From Sphaerochaetaceae bacterium (GTDB taxonomy: Bacteria > Spirochaetota > Spirochaetia > Sphaerochaetales > Sphaerochaetaceae), in the NCBI GenBank assembly GCA_963643635.1, contig CAVILL010000001.1:124-64123 (forward strand): DNA of 64,000 bases, read 5' to 3'. Under the pieces are notes generated by a model. It was not told the DNA's origin. It searched no databases and saw only the letters and a program-made list of their open reading frames with translations. The position numbers were made by a program, and so were the translations under genes. Shown here in pieces: positions 37,562 to 46,899 of the stretch. The first letter of the stretch is position 1, and the number at the start of each line of letters is the position of its first letter.

Positions 37562-38821
37562 ATGAAATACTACAAGAGAATCGCAGACCGTGTACTGGAA
37601 GACTACCTGAAGCTGAGGGGAGCGGTCCTTATCGAAGGAATCAAATGGAGCGGCAAAACGACAACCGCAAAGCAGAAGGCTTTATCTGTTATTGATTTAT
37701 CACTCCAGAAGGAAAGAGACAGAGCTGAAATTCTCGTCTACGAGGATCCCGGGAAACTCTTTTCCGGTGAAAAACCGATTCTCATCGATGAATGGCAGAA
37801 GGTCCCTGCAATCTGGGACACACTCAGAAGCGGGATAGATGCCGGTCATGCAAAAGGAACCTTCATTCTTACAGGTTCGACAAGCCAGACAAAGGCCGCC
37901 GGGAATCTCCGGATGCACTCGGGAGTCGGCAGAATAGGACGGATGAAGCTTCTGACAATGAGTCTCTGGGAGTCTGAAGACTCAAACGGAGACATCTCGC
38001 TCTCATCGCTCTTCGAAAACAACAGTCAGGAGATACAATCTGAAAGTTCTCACACACTCAGGGATATCGCATACCTTTCGGCAAGAGGCGGATGGCCCGA
38101 AGTAATCAGAATGGACAGAACTCTCGCGGAAAAGCAGGCACAGCTTTACATCGATGAGTTCTGTCAGAGTGATATACGCTCTGTCGACGGTCACAGACGT
38201 TCCGGTGACAAGATGAAGAAGATACTGAGATCATATGCACGGTTCTCCGGCTCTGCAGCTCCGGAATGTTCGATAGCGAATGACATCAGCAGCATATCGC
38301 AGAATACGCTCAGAGATTATATGGGAGTCCTCGAAGATCTCTTCGTGACAGACGAGACTCCGGCATGGAATCCGAACTTCCGCTCGGGCGCTGCAGTAAG
38401 AAGCTCCAGTACACGATACTTCACGGATCCGTCGATTACCTGCGCTTCACTCGGAATGGGGAGTGAGGATCTTCTCGATGATATCCGGACATTCGGTTTT
38501 GTCTTTGAGACACTCGTCATCAGAGACCTCAAGGCATATGCCATGGCTTTGAATGCCGACGTATTCCACTACAGAGACTCGGAAGGACTCGAATGCGACG
38601 CCGTACTCCACTGCAGAAACGGGAAGTATGCTCTCATTGAAGTCAAACTCAGCCAGGTGAGAGAAGATGAAGGTGCCGCGACACTGAAGGCACTTGAAAG
38701 GAAAATTGAAAGAAACGGAATGAAGAAACCGGATTTTCTGATGATCATAACCGGCACCGGCTATGCCCACAGACGCAGTGACGGAGTACTCTGTGTTCCC
38801 GTCGGCTGTCTCAAGGACTGA
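37562..38821 (+). CDS. AAA-family ATPase with DUF4143-type C-terminal region
   Basis: 419 aa. The P-loop is GIKWSGKTTTAKQ and the Walker B-like motif is PILIDEWQKVP. The overall layout matches the AAA_14/DUF4143 proteins I know. Confidence 0.75.
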   Translation: MKYYKRIADRVLEDYLKLRGAVLIEGIKWSGKTTTAKQKALSVIDLSLQKERDRAEILVYEDPGKLFSGEKPILIDEWQKVPAIWDTLRSGIDAGHAKGTFILTGSTSQTKAAGNLRMHSGVGRIGRMKLLTMSLWESEDSNGDISLSSLFENNSQEIQSESSHTLRDIAYLSARGGWPEVIRMDRTLAEKQAQLYIDEFCQSDIRSVDGHRRSGDKMKKILRSYARFSGSAAPECSIANDISSISQNTLRDYMGVLEDLFVTDETPAWNPNFRSGAAVRSSSTRYFTDPSITCASLGMGSEDLLDDIRTFGFVFETLVIRDLKAYAMALNADVFHYRDSEGLECDAVLHCRNGKYALIEVKLSQVREDEGAATLKALERKIERNGMKKPDFLMIITGTGYAHRRSDGVLCVPVGCLKD

Positions 38822-38827
38822 AAAGAC

Positions 38828-38899
38828 CAGGAGCGCACGGGATCGAACCGTGATATGGAGAATCAAAATCTCCTGCCTTAACCATTGGGCTACGCCCCT
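38828..38899 (-). tRNA. tRNA-Gln (anticodon UUG)
   Basis: Hand-folded cloverleaf. The acceptor stem is AGGGGCG/CGCTCCT with one G-U pair. The D arm is GCC..GGC. The anticodon stem GGAGA/TCTCC carries loop TTTTGAT. The T arm is CACGG-TTCGATC-CCGTG. The discriminator is G and no CCA is encoded. Confidence 0.9.
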
Positions 38900-38933
38900 G
38901 TGAAACAAGTGAAAGATAGCAGAAAAGAGAACT

Positions 38934-39734
38934 TCAGTCTATAAAGAGTTCACGGCATCCGAGGAATTCCGGCTCCCCGCCCTTCCATTCGTTACGGCTG
39001 AGTAAGAACCATACGCTTCCGCTTCCGGAGAGAGATAGGTAATCGTCCTTTCCGAGCTTCTTTCCGAGTTTTACGTACATCTCCGTCCCCTCGATTTTCT
39101 CGAAGTCGTTGGGGTACTTCTCCCTTGTCAGGGGACAGGAAATATCCTGAAGGGGATCCTGATTCAGGGAGAATGAATCCAGCTTTCCGTACGCTTCCCC
39201 TGTCGATACTCCGCTTCCTTCCGCCCTGAAGAGGGAGATGTATCTGTAGCTTGAAGGGAACTCTCGCTCCTCGATTATGTCTCCCGTTCCTTCAACGTAG
39301 GCAAAGCGGTATCCCGTGAGGAAGAAGGGAACGTCTGCCCCGACTGATGACGAGAGAGTCATGAGGGCGTCATCTGAAAGAGCGCGGAAATTGCTGTTGA
39401 GAGCCGTGAGCACGGCAGCAGCATCGCTGCTTCCGCCCCCCAGCCCCGCCTTCACGGGAATATGCTTCTTTATTCGTATTGAAGTGTGGAATCTCAAGCC
39501 CGTCTTTCTGCTGTAGAGTCCAACGGCCTTCTCCATTATATCCTCTGTGTTTTCCAGGTACCCGCCGTTGCCTTCGATTTCCACTCCGTCACCTTCGGAA
39601 AAGGAAATCCAGAGTTCATCGAAGAACGGAATGAGAAGGAAGTACGACGACAGCGTATGATACCCGTCATCCCTCTTTCCCGTAATTCTGAGACCTACAT
39701 TCACCTTGGCCTTAGCCCTGAGATAATACACCAT
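38934..39734 (-). CDS. ispE: 4-diphosphocytidyl-2-C-methyl-D-erythritol kinase
   Basis: 266 aa. Motifs are AKVNVGLRITGKRDDGYH and the GHMP motif PVKAGLGGGSSDAAAVL. Confidence 0.9.
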   Translation of the reverse strand: MVYYLRAKAKVNVGLRITGKRDDGYHTLSSYFLLIPFFDELWISFSEGDGVEIEGNGGYLENTEDIMEKAVGLYSRKTGLRFHTSIRIKKHIPVKAGLGGGSSDAAAVLTALNSNFRALSDDALMTLSSSVGADVPFFLTGYRFAYVEGTGDIIEEREFPSSYRYISLFRAEGSGVSTGEAYGKLDSFSLNQDPLQDISCPLTREKYPNDFEKIEGTEMYVKLGKKLGKDDYLSLSGSGSVWFLLSRNEWKGGEPEFLGCRELFID

Positions 39735-39779
39735 GCGAGAAGTGTAGCCAAAAATGAGCTCTTTGAATATTCTTTAGCC

Positions 39780-40502
39780 ATGTCTCAGATCAGGGCTCTC
39801 ATTCTAGATAAGGACGGCACTCTCTTCCCCTACTCCATATGGGCAGGTCCGATAAGACGCTGTCTCGAGGACAATCTTCCGACAGGAAAGAGAAGAAACA
39901 GAGAGGAAATCACAGACGCATTTCTTTCCGTTCTCTCGATTGAAAACGGAAAGATAAAGCCGGAGAGTCTCCTCTATGACAGGAAAAAGAGGCTGAAAGG
40001 CATTCTGAAACTTATTGGTTTAACACTGAAGTACCACCTGAGACCGATAGCAGCCGCAAGAGGATTTCTTAAGGTAAAGAGACGCTCAGAGTACGGCTTC
40101 AGGGAGGAACTTGAGAAGTACGACCTCACCGCAGTAAGAAACACACTTCAGACTCTGAAGAAAAAGGGGCTGGTTCTCGCGCTCTTCTCCAACGACTCTC
40201 CCCGCTCCGTCTCGATCATAATGGATGCTCTCTCGCCCTTCGTATTCGACTACTATGTCGATTCCTCATCCCGCATCAGAAAGCCCAGTCCTTATGCCGT
40301 CGGAGTCTTTGCAGAGCTCAACGGTCTGATGCCCGATGAAGTCGCCATTCTCAGCGATACTCCCGAAGACCTCGTGATGGCCCGGAAAGCCGGATGCGGG
40401 AATGTGATTGCAATAGAAGGCTCACTCGACGAAAAGACCCTCTCAGAGTACTCCGACAGAGTCATACACAGCTTTGAGGAAATACTCTCAGTGATTGACT
40501 GA
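39780..40502 (+). CDS. HAD-superfamily hydrolase
   Basis: ORF trimmed to MSQIRALILDKDGTLF (DxDGT motif I). The portion of the tracked ORF upstream is antisense to ispE. Confidence 0.75.
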   Translation: MSQIRALILDKDGTLFPYSIWAGPIRRCLEDNLPTGKRRNREEITDAFLSVLSIENGKIKPESLLYDRKKRLKGILKLIGLTLKYHLRPIAAARGFLKVKRRSEYGFREELEKYDLTAVRNTLQTLKKKGLVLALFSNDSPRSVSIIMDALSPFVFDYYVDSSSRIRKPSPYAVGVFAELNGLMPDEVAILSDTPEDLVMARKAGCGNVIAIEGSLDEKTLSEYSDRVIHSFEEILSVID

Positions 40503-41084
40503 CCTCGTCTGGTAGCCGCACCTGGGGCAGAATACCGCGCCGTCCGTTATATGGTACGAACACCTGGGGCAGTCGAATTCGGGAATCACCTCCTCCTCTT
40601 CGACACGAGCCTCTTCCTCCTCTGCTTTCCTTGCCGCCAGAGCTTCCCTTCTCGCCTTCTCGAATTCCTCTCTCGTAAGCTTGATTACGACTGCTCCGTC
40701 CTTACTGAAGAGCTTGCGTCTCTTAATGTAATAGCAGAGAACGAAGACGGAGAATCCGATACCGAATGCCGATGCAAGAACGTACGAGGCAAGGTTCTCC
40801 TTCATATATAAATATAATGATACAGAGTTATCGACGATCTTTATCGCCATTAAAGCAACGAGAGCGAAGAACGCCGAACGCTTGAATCTCAGAAGGCCGC
40901 GGAACGTACAGAATACGAGAGCGAGTACGACGACACTGAAGATGAGCATCAGGATATTGAGGGTATCACACGCTACAGTCAGATTCCTGACGGCTACAAG
41001 GAGTGAATATATGCCGATGAATGTGTTTATCGGCATGACCACTGACGCGAAGAAGCGGTGGAAGCCGAGCTGTATCTTTTCCAT
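40488..41084 (-). CDS. Membrane protein with a C-terminal zinc ribbon
   Basis: 198 aa. About four TM helices are followed by a charged helix and then CPRCSYHITDGAVFCPRCG. Confidence 0.6.
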   Translation of the reverse strand: MEKIQLGFHRFFASVVMPINTFIGIYSLLVAVRNLTVACDTLNILMLIFSVVVLALVFCTFRGLLRFKRSAFFALVALMAIKIVDNSVSLYLYMKENLASYVLASAFGIGFSVFVLCYYIKRRKLFSKDGAVVIKLTREEFEKARREALAARKAEEEEARVEEEEVIPEFDCPRCSYHITDGAVFCPRCGYQTRSVNH

Positions 41085-41160
41085 AGAAATGAATATAACC
41101 CAAAACAGAGGAAGGGGCGAGAGAAAAGAGAAGCTATTTCCATGAAACAGGACATTGCGG

Positions 41161-41200
41161 CAAAGAAAAGAGGGACAGGCCGGATCGGCTTATCCCTCTT
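41161..41200 (-). terminator. Putative intrinsic terminator after the lipoprotein pair
   Basis: On the minus strand, AAGAGGGA...TCCCTCTT forms a stem and is followed by TTCTTTG. Confidence 0.45.
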
Positions 41201-41234
41201 CACTTTATCTCATACTTTTACAGAAAGCAGAAAA

Positions 41235-41810
41235 TCAGTAAGTCATGGTAGCAGGTGCATTCAGAAGTCTGAGCTCGACATTCTTTCCATTGACTGATGC
41301 ACTCTTATAAGTTCTGTCAGCATTGAGATAATACGAAAGCTTATATGACTTGCCGTTTACTGTGAGGTCATATGAATATTCCGTATCGCGAGCAAGAGCT
41401 CTCGGCAAATAATCTGTTATCGAATAAGAACCGTTTATCGTGAGAGTACCGTCCTTCGGGGTTTCATCAGAACCTTCGGTATACTTATACTTTATGGAGA
41501 CGTTGTCATAAGTAAATGTAGTCTTTTGGCCTTCAGTCTTTTCTGTCCGGACAAATTTGGCGTCGCCGGACGTAATAGTGATTTCACTATCGTTAATTTT
41601 GTTGACTGCTTCCTGCAGATAACTTTCGCTAATAGTGCATTCGTTTGTTGCTTCGTCATAGCCATTACTGATAGTCGCCAAATTACACTTGGCAAGAGCA
41701 GTCATGAATTCCTCGTAGGTCTCTACCATCTCCCCGGACTTGTCCTTCTCACAGGAAACAGAAGCTATGAGCATGATGGCGACAGATAATATTATCAATA
41801 CTTTCTTCAT
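41235..41810 (-). CDS. Small lipoprotein, paralogue A
   Basis: 191 aa. The lipobox is ASVSC followed by EKDKSGE. The C-terminal motif is SVNGKNVELRLLN. Confidence 0.75.
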   Translation of the reverse strand: MKKVLIILSVAIMLIASVSCEKDKSGEMVETYEEFMTALAKCNLATISNGYDEATNECTISESYLQEAVNKINDSEITITSGDAKFVRTEKTEGQKTTFTYDNVSIKYKYTEGSDETPKDGTLTINGSYSITDYLPRALARDTEYSYDLTVNGKSYKLSYYLNADRTYKSASVNGKNVELRLLNAPATMTY

Positions 41811-41832
41811 TTTTTCTTTCCTCCTTTCTTTA

Positions 41833-42432
41833 TCAGGTCTTACTTCTGATATAAAGAAGACCGTTCAAAAGTCTCACATCGACATCTTTTCCGTTTACGG
41901 AAACTGAAATGTACTTGACAGCCTTCAAATCAGCCTTAGTCGAATAGCTGTACACGGTTCCGTTCACAGTAAACTTGAATTCACCGGTCTGGACATCATC
42001 AGTTATCTGAAATTTTTGTGTTCCGCTGAAAGTAAGTTTATGCTCTGCGTCGTCGCCGGTCATCTTGTAGGTAATGACAACATCGTTGTAAGTCAAATCC
42101 ATGACCTGATTACTGTCGTATGTGCCTGTTATACTGCCGCTGGCATCGGTTATTGAATCCACTTTACCTTCAACCCCGACCAGCTCCAGATAATCCTGAA
42201 GATTGGATTCGTATCTTAATGTATCCTTACTGACAGTAGCATTGACTTTATTAGATCCTTCGCCTGGAACCGTATATCCGGGAATACCTGATACGTTGCC
42301 GATAATCGCTGATGTTTTCCAATAATCCTCATAAACTGCTATGACTTCCTCACTCTTGTCCTTCTCACATGACGAAAAGGAAAAGACAAGAAGAACAGAA
42401 AGCAGCACAATCAAAATTCTCTTCATATTCAT
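41833..42432 (-). CDS. Small lipoprotein, paralogue B
   Basis: 199 aa. The lipobox is SFSSC followed by EKDKSEE. The C-terminal motif is SVNGKDVDVRLLN. Confidence 0.75.
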   Translation of the reverse strand: MNMKRILIVLLSVLLVFSFSSCEKDKSEEVIAVYEDYWKTSAIIGNVSGIPGYTVPGEGSNKVNATVSKDTLRYESNLQDYLELVGVEGKVDSITDASGSITGTYDSNQVMDLTYNDVVITYKMTGDDAEHKLTFSGTQKFQITDDVQTGEFKFTVNGTVYSYSTKADLKAVKYISVSVNGKDVDVRLLNGLLYIRSKT

Positions 42433-42587
42433 TTCTCCTTGAGAGTGGTATAAGTATATACGAGAGGGTGGGGTATCGTCAAATATTTAATATTATCCGC
42501 GTAATTTATTGTATCTGATGATTTTCATCATCTGAAAAATCGAAGAAAATGACCCGTTTTCTTTTTTTAGTGTGTGATTTGACACAG

Positions 42588-42628
42588 AAAAACAAAAAAA
42601 CAGGGCCGGAAAGTATACTCCAACCCTG
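42588..42628 (-). terminator. Intrinsic terminator downstream of tyrS
   Basis: On the minus strand, CAGGGTTGG...CCGGCCCTG forms a stem with two G-U pairs. It is followed by TTTTTTTGTTTTT. Confidence 0.65.
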
Positions 42629-42680
42629 TAGAAGTGCAGATATATATCTCAGGAGCCCCCGTTTCCGGAGGCTCTGTGTC

Positions 42681-43922
42681 TTATTTCGGGATAACCCGCA
42701 TGAACTTCTTCTTGCCGCTCTTGAGAAGGAACGCTCCGTCGTCGGCATCGGAGAGGGTGTAGACCGTCTTGATGTCCGTCACCTTCTTTCCGTTGACTTC
42801 GGCTCCTCCCTGCGTCACGAGGCGTCGTGCGTCTCCGTTTGAGGATGTGAGACCGCTCTTCGTGAAGAGGTCGAGTACTCCGATTCCGTTCTCGAAGAGG
42901 GACTTCTCGAGTTCGACGGTGGGGAGGTTTGCGCTGCTGCCGCCGCCCTGGAAGAGCGAAAGCGCTGCATCCTTCGCCTTCTCGGCTTCCTCTTCGCCGT
43001 GGATGATCCTGGTTACTTCGTATGCAAGTCTTGCCTTTGCGTCGTTGATGTTCCTCTGCGGATCCTCGTATTCCTTTATCTCGTCGAGGTCCATGAATGT
43101 GAAGAGCTTCATGAACTTGATTGCATCAGCATCCGCAACGTTTCTCCAGTACTGGTAGAAATCGTAGGGTGAGTAGAGGTTCTTATCCAAAAAGACAGCA
43201 CCCTGCTCGCTCTTACCCATCTTCTTGCCGTCAGCACGCATGATGAGATTGAAGGTGAGACCGAAGCACTCCTCTCCTCCCATTCTCTGAATGAGATCGA
43301 TTCCCGCAACGATGTTGCCCCACTGGTCTGCGCCGCCGATCTGGAGGCGTGTTCCGAGTCTCTCGTTGAGCATCTTGTAGTCGTAGGACTGGAGAAGCTG
43401 ATAGTTGAACTCGATGAAGCTCAGGCCCCTCTCGAGTCTCTGCTTGACACCTTCGAAGGTGAGCATGCGGTTGACCGAGAAATACCTGCCGACATCTCTC
43501 AGGAACGAGATGTAATTGAGGTCGACGAGCCAGTCGGCGTTGTTCGCTATCACGGCCTTTCCGTAACCCTCGGGGGGATTCTCGGAGAAGTCGACGACTG
43601 TCGCGAGCTGCTTTGCGATATTCTCCGCATTCCTGTTGATCTCCTCAACCGGGAGAATCTTTCTCATCTCCGTCTTTCCCGACGGGTCTCCGATGAGGCC
43701 CGTACCGCCGCCGACGAGGGCGACGGGTCTGTGACCGTACATCTGGAGGTGGTGCATGGCAAAGAAGGGAACGATGTGTCCCACATGGAGCGAGGGGCCC
43801 GTGGGGTCCGTGCCGCAGTAGAAGGAGACACTTTCCTTATCCATGAGGTCGCTCAGACCGTCGAGGTTTGTGCAGTCCTTCACGAATCCTCTGTCGAATA
43901 ATACCTGGAGGGCCTTGTTCAT
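42681..43922 (-). CDS. tyrS: Tyrosine--tRNA ligase
   Basis: 413 aa. The HIGH region is DPTGPSLHVGHIV and the KMSKS region is KMGKSEQG. It has a C-terminal S4 domain. Confidence 0.95.
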   Translation of the reverse strand: MNKALQVLFDRGFVKDCTNLDGLSDLMDKESVSFYCGTDPTGPSLHVGHIVPFFAMHHLQMYGHRPVALVGGGTGLIGDPSGKTEMRKILPVEEINRNAENIAKQLATVVDFSENPPEGYGKAVIANNADWLVDLNYISFLRDVGRYFSVNRMLTFEGVKQRLERGLSFIEFNYQLLQSYDYKMLNERLGTRLQIGGADQWGNIVAGIDLIQRMGGEECFGLTFNLIMRADGKKMGKSEQGAVFLDKNLYSPYDFYQYWRNVADADAIKFMKLFTFMDLDEIKEYEDPQRNINDAKARLAYEVTRIIHGEEEAEKAKDAALSLFQGGGSSANLPTVELEKSLFENGIGVLDLFTKSGLTSSNGDARRLVTQGGAEVNGKKVTDIKTVYTLSDADDGAFLLKSGKKKFMRVIPK

Positions 43923-45244
43923 ACTCTCTTATACTCCTTCATTCTGTCCTTGATGAAAGAAGCGAGCGAATCTACGGAGACTCTCTCCTGCTTCATGGAG
44001 TCGCGGAAACGTACCGTGACCGTCTGGTCCTCGAGTGTCTGGTAGTCGACCGTGACACAGTACGGAGTTCCGATCTCGTCCTGGCGGCGGTATCTTCTGC
44101 CGACGGCGCCGGACTGGTCATAGTAGGTCGTGAAGTCGTCTCTGAGCGAGTGCTCGAGCTTCTGTGCGTATTCTCCGAGACCGTCCTTCTTGACGAGCGG
44201 GAGAACTGCAACCTTGACCGGTGCGATGACCGGATGGAAGTGGAGAACGGTTCTCGTATCTCCTTCGGGAGTCGGCTCCTCGTCGTAAGCATCGCTGAGT
44301 GCCATGAGGACGTTTCTCGTGAGACCGGCTGATGTCTCGACGACATAGGGGATGTATCTCTCGTTTGTTTCGGGATCGAGGTACGTAAGATCCTTGCCGG
44401 AGAACTTCGTATGCTGTGTGAGGTCGTAGTCCGTTCTGGAGTGCACACCCTCGAGTTCCTGCCAGCCCATCGGGAAGAGGAACTGGATGTCGTATGCGTC
44501 CTTTGCGTAGAATGCGAGCTCGTCCGGTCCGTGCTGGTGCCATCTCAGATGCTCCGGATGGATACCCATCTTGGAGTAGAACTTCATTCTCTCCTCTCTC
44601 CAGTAGGGGAACCATTCCTCGTCGGTACCGGGTCTGCAGAAGAACTGCATCTCCATCTGTTCGAATTCGCAGGAGCGGAAGATGAAGTTCTTGGTTGTGA
44701 TCTCGTTTCTGAAGGACTTACCTACCTGTGCGATTCCGAAGGGAACCTTCACTCTGCTCGACTGGAGGATGTTCTTGTAGTCTACGTAGATTCCCTGTGC
44801 CGTCTCGGGCCTCAGGTAGACAACAGATGCCGCATCCCTGTTGGCACCGATATGTGTCTCGAACATGAGGTTGAAGTTCCTCGGCTCCGTAAAGGAATTT
44901 TTGTTGCCGCATACCGGGCACGGTGCGGTGAGGTCGATCTGGTCGGCGCGGAAACGCGACTTGCAGACCTTGCAGTCGACCATCGGGTCGGTGAAGTTCG
45001 ATACGTGGCCAGATGCCTCCCAGACCCTGGGGTGCATGAGAATGGAAGCGTCGAGGCCGACGATGTTGTCGTGCATTCTCGTCATTTCCTTCCACCAGAA
45101 ATCACGGATGTTGTTCTTGAGTTCCACGCCCATCGGACCGTAGTCGTAGGCACCGTTGAGGCCGCCGTATATTTCGGAGGACTGGAATATGAATCCCCTT
45201 CTCCTGCACAGCGATATGATCTTGTCCATTGTTACTTCAGTCAT
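43919..45244 (-). CDS. glyQS: Glycine--tRNA ligase (homodimeric GlyQS type)
   Basis: 441 aa. It looks class II GlyRS-like along its full length (RGFIFQSSEIYGGL, FRNEITTKNFIFRSCEFEQMEMQFF). Confidence 0.9.
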   Translation of the reverse strand: MTEVTMDKIISLCRRRGFIFQSSEIYGGLNGAYDYGPMGVELKNNIRDFWWKEMTRMHDNIVGLDASILMHPRVWEASGHVSNFTDPMVDCKVCKSRFRADQIDLTAPCPVCGNKNSFTEPRNFNLMFETHIGANRDAASVVYLRPETAQGIYVDYKNILQSSRVKVPFGIAQVGKSFRNEITTKNFIFRSCEFEQMEMQFFCRPGTDEEWFPYWREERMKFYSKMGIHPEHLRWHQHGPDELAFYAKDAYDIQFLFPMGWQELEGVHSRTDYDLTQHTKFSGKDLTYLDPETNERYIPYVVETSAGLTRNVLMALSDAYDEEPTPEGDTRTVLHFHPVIAPVKVAVLPLVKKDGLGEYAQKLEHSLRDDFTTYYDQSGAVGRRYRRQDEIGTPYCVTVDYQTLEDQTVTVRFRDSMKQERVSVDSLASFIKDRMKEYKRV

Positions 45245-45248
45245 TCTA

Positions 45249-46727
45249 TTATTTCTCCTTTAAGAATCTTACAGCTCTCTCGAGTCTCTTCCTGCATTCA
45301 GCGTTGCCGAGGAGTCTTATCGAATCGAAGAGCGGAAGCGATACAGTCGATGCGGTGAGCGCAACGCGGATAGGCTGGAAGACACCGTTGACCTTGATTC
45401 CGAGTTCCCTGCTCAGTGCGCAGAGCTCCTCCTCGATATCCTTCTCGTCCTTTCCGTTCTCGACGCCCGACATGAGGATTCCGGATCCTCTTTCGAGTGC
45501 CTCGAGTGTCTTCTCCTCGTCAGAGCCCTTCGCGACATACACAGCCCTGTCCTCGACGGGCCTGTCCTCGAAGAGGAACCTGGTGAGAGGCACCGAGTCC
45601 GAAAGGGTCTTCATTCTCTCTCTCACGCTCGGCATGAGGGAAAGTATGTATTCCTTCTCCTTTTCCGTCGGCTCGGGAGACACGAATCCCTCCTTCTGGA
45701 AATAGGGCATGCAGAGAGATGCGAGTTCCTCGTTGCTCTTCTGTCTTATATACTGGCCGTTGAACCAGTCGAGCTTTCCGTAGTCGAACTTCGCCGGTGC
45801 GGAATGGATGTTCTCCAGTCTGAAGCACTTCTCGAGGTCCTCCTTCGAGAAGAACTCCGTCTTGTCGTCGAGCGCCCAGCCCACGAGAGTGACGTAGTTG
45901 ATGATCGCTTCGGGAAGGTATCCCTTCTGTCTGAAATCCCTGACGGCAGTCGAGCCGTGGCGCTTGCTGAGCTTCTGGCCGTCCTTTCCCATGACCATCG
46001 GAAGATGGCAGTAGATCGGGGGCTCCCAGCCGAATGCCTCATAGAGAAGAATATGGAGAGGCCCCGAGGGAATCCACTCCTGGGCACGCATGATGTGCGT
46101 GATTCCCATCATATGGTCGTCGATGACGTTTGCAAGATGATATGTCGGGAAACCGTCGCTCTTGAGGAGAATCGGGTCGGGAGAGACATCCCTGTTCTTT
46201 CGTGTTATGTCGCCCATCAGGACGTCGTGGAACGTCGTCTTGCCTTCGGTGGGGACGCGGAGTCTGATTACGGGCTTTATACCCTGTGCCTCGAGCTCCC
46301 TTCTCTCCTCCTCTGTGAGATTGGCACAGTGTCTGTCATAGCCCTGGTACTGGCTCTTGGAGGCAACCTGCTCCTCTCTCAGTTTCTCGAGTCTCTCGGG
46401 AGAGCAGTAGCAGTAGTATGCCTTGCCGTCCCTGACGAGCTTCTCGGCGTATTCCTTGTAGATGTCGAATCTCTCCGACTGTACGTACGGACCGTACGGA
46501 CCGCCGACGACGGGACCTTCATCCCACTTTATTCCGAGCCAGTCGAGTGTGTCGTAGAGGTCCTGCAGGGATTCCTCCGTATACCTCTCGCGGTCGGTAT
46601 CCTCGATGCGGAGAATGAACTTTCCCCCCATGGATTTAGCGAAAAAATAGTTGAACAGGGCGGTTCTTATCCCGCCGATATGCTGCAGCCCAGTTGGAGA
46701 CGGGGCGTAGCGGACACGAACTTCCAT
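45249..46727 (-). CDS. gltX: Glutamate--tRNA ligase
   Basis: 492 aa. It begins VRVRYAPSPTGLQHIGGIRTAL and has the KMSKS-like motif KLSKRHG. Confidence 0.95.
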   Translation of the reverse strand: MEVRVRYAPSPTGLQHIGGIRTALFNYFFAKSMGGKFILRIEDTDRERYTEESLQDLYDTLDWLGIKWDEGPVVGGPYGPYVQSERFDIYKEYAEKLVRDGKAYYCYCSPERLEKLREEQVASKSQYQGYDRHCANLTEEERRELEAQGIKPVIRLRVPTEGKTTFHDVLMGDITRKNRDVSPDPILLKSDGFPTYHLANVIDDHMMGITHIMRAQEWIPSGPLHILLYEAFGWEPPIYCHLPMVMGKDGQKLSKRHGSTAVRDFRQKGYLPEAIINYVTLVGWALDDKTEFFSKEDLEKCFRLENIHSAPAKFDYGKLDWFNGQYIRQKSNEELASLCMPYFQKEGFVSPEPTEKEKEYILSLMPSVRERMKTLSDSVPLTRFLFEDRPVEDRAVYVAKGSDEEKTLEALERGSGILMSGVENGKDEKDIEEELCALSRELGIKVNGVFQPIRVALTASTVSLPLFDSIRLLGNAECRKRLERAVRFLKEK

Positions 46728-46899
46728 CGTTTTCTCCTGAGAAATTATGATAGTGGAATTCTAAACTGTTGAGCAGAAAAGGACAACACACCCCGGCTTT
46801 CAGAATCGAACTTCTCTTCAAAACACCGGAACAGGGAGATTCTTCAGCTTTCTTCCCGATTTCTTTGACATAAACGGCCGGAAAAAAGCCTTAAATAGT

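Noticed and set aside
38447-38908. 153-aa minus-strand ORF
   Set aside because: It overlaps the tRNA-Gln gene and the 3' end of the DUF4143 ATPase gene in antisense. It has no motifs.
42506-42748. 80-aa minus-strand ORF, and the 97-aa plus-strand ORF at 42549-42842
   Set aside because: They span the tyrS terminator and the 3' end of tyrS. Their composition is not protein-like.
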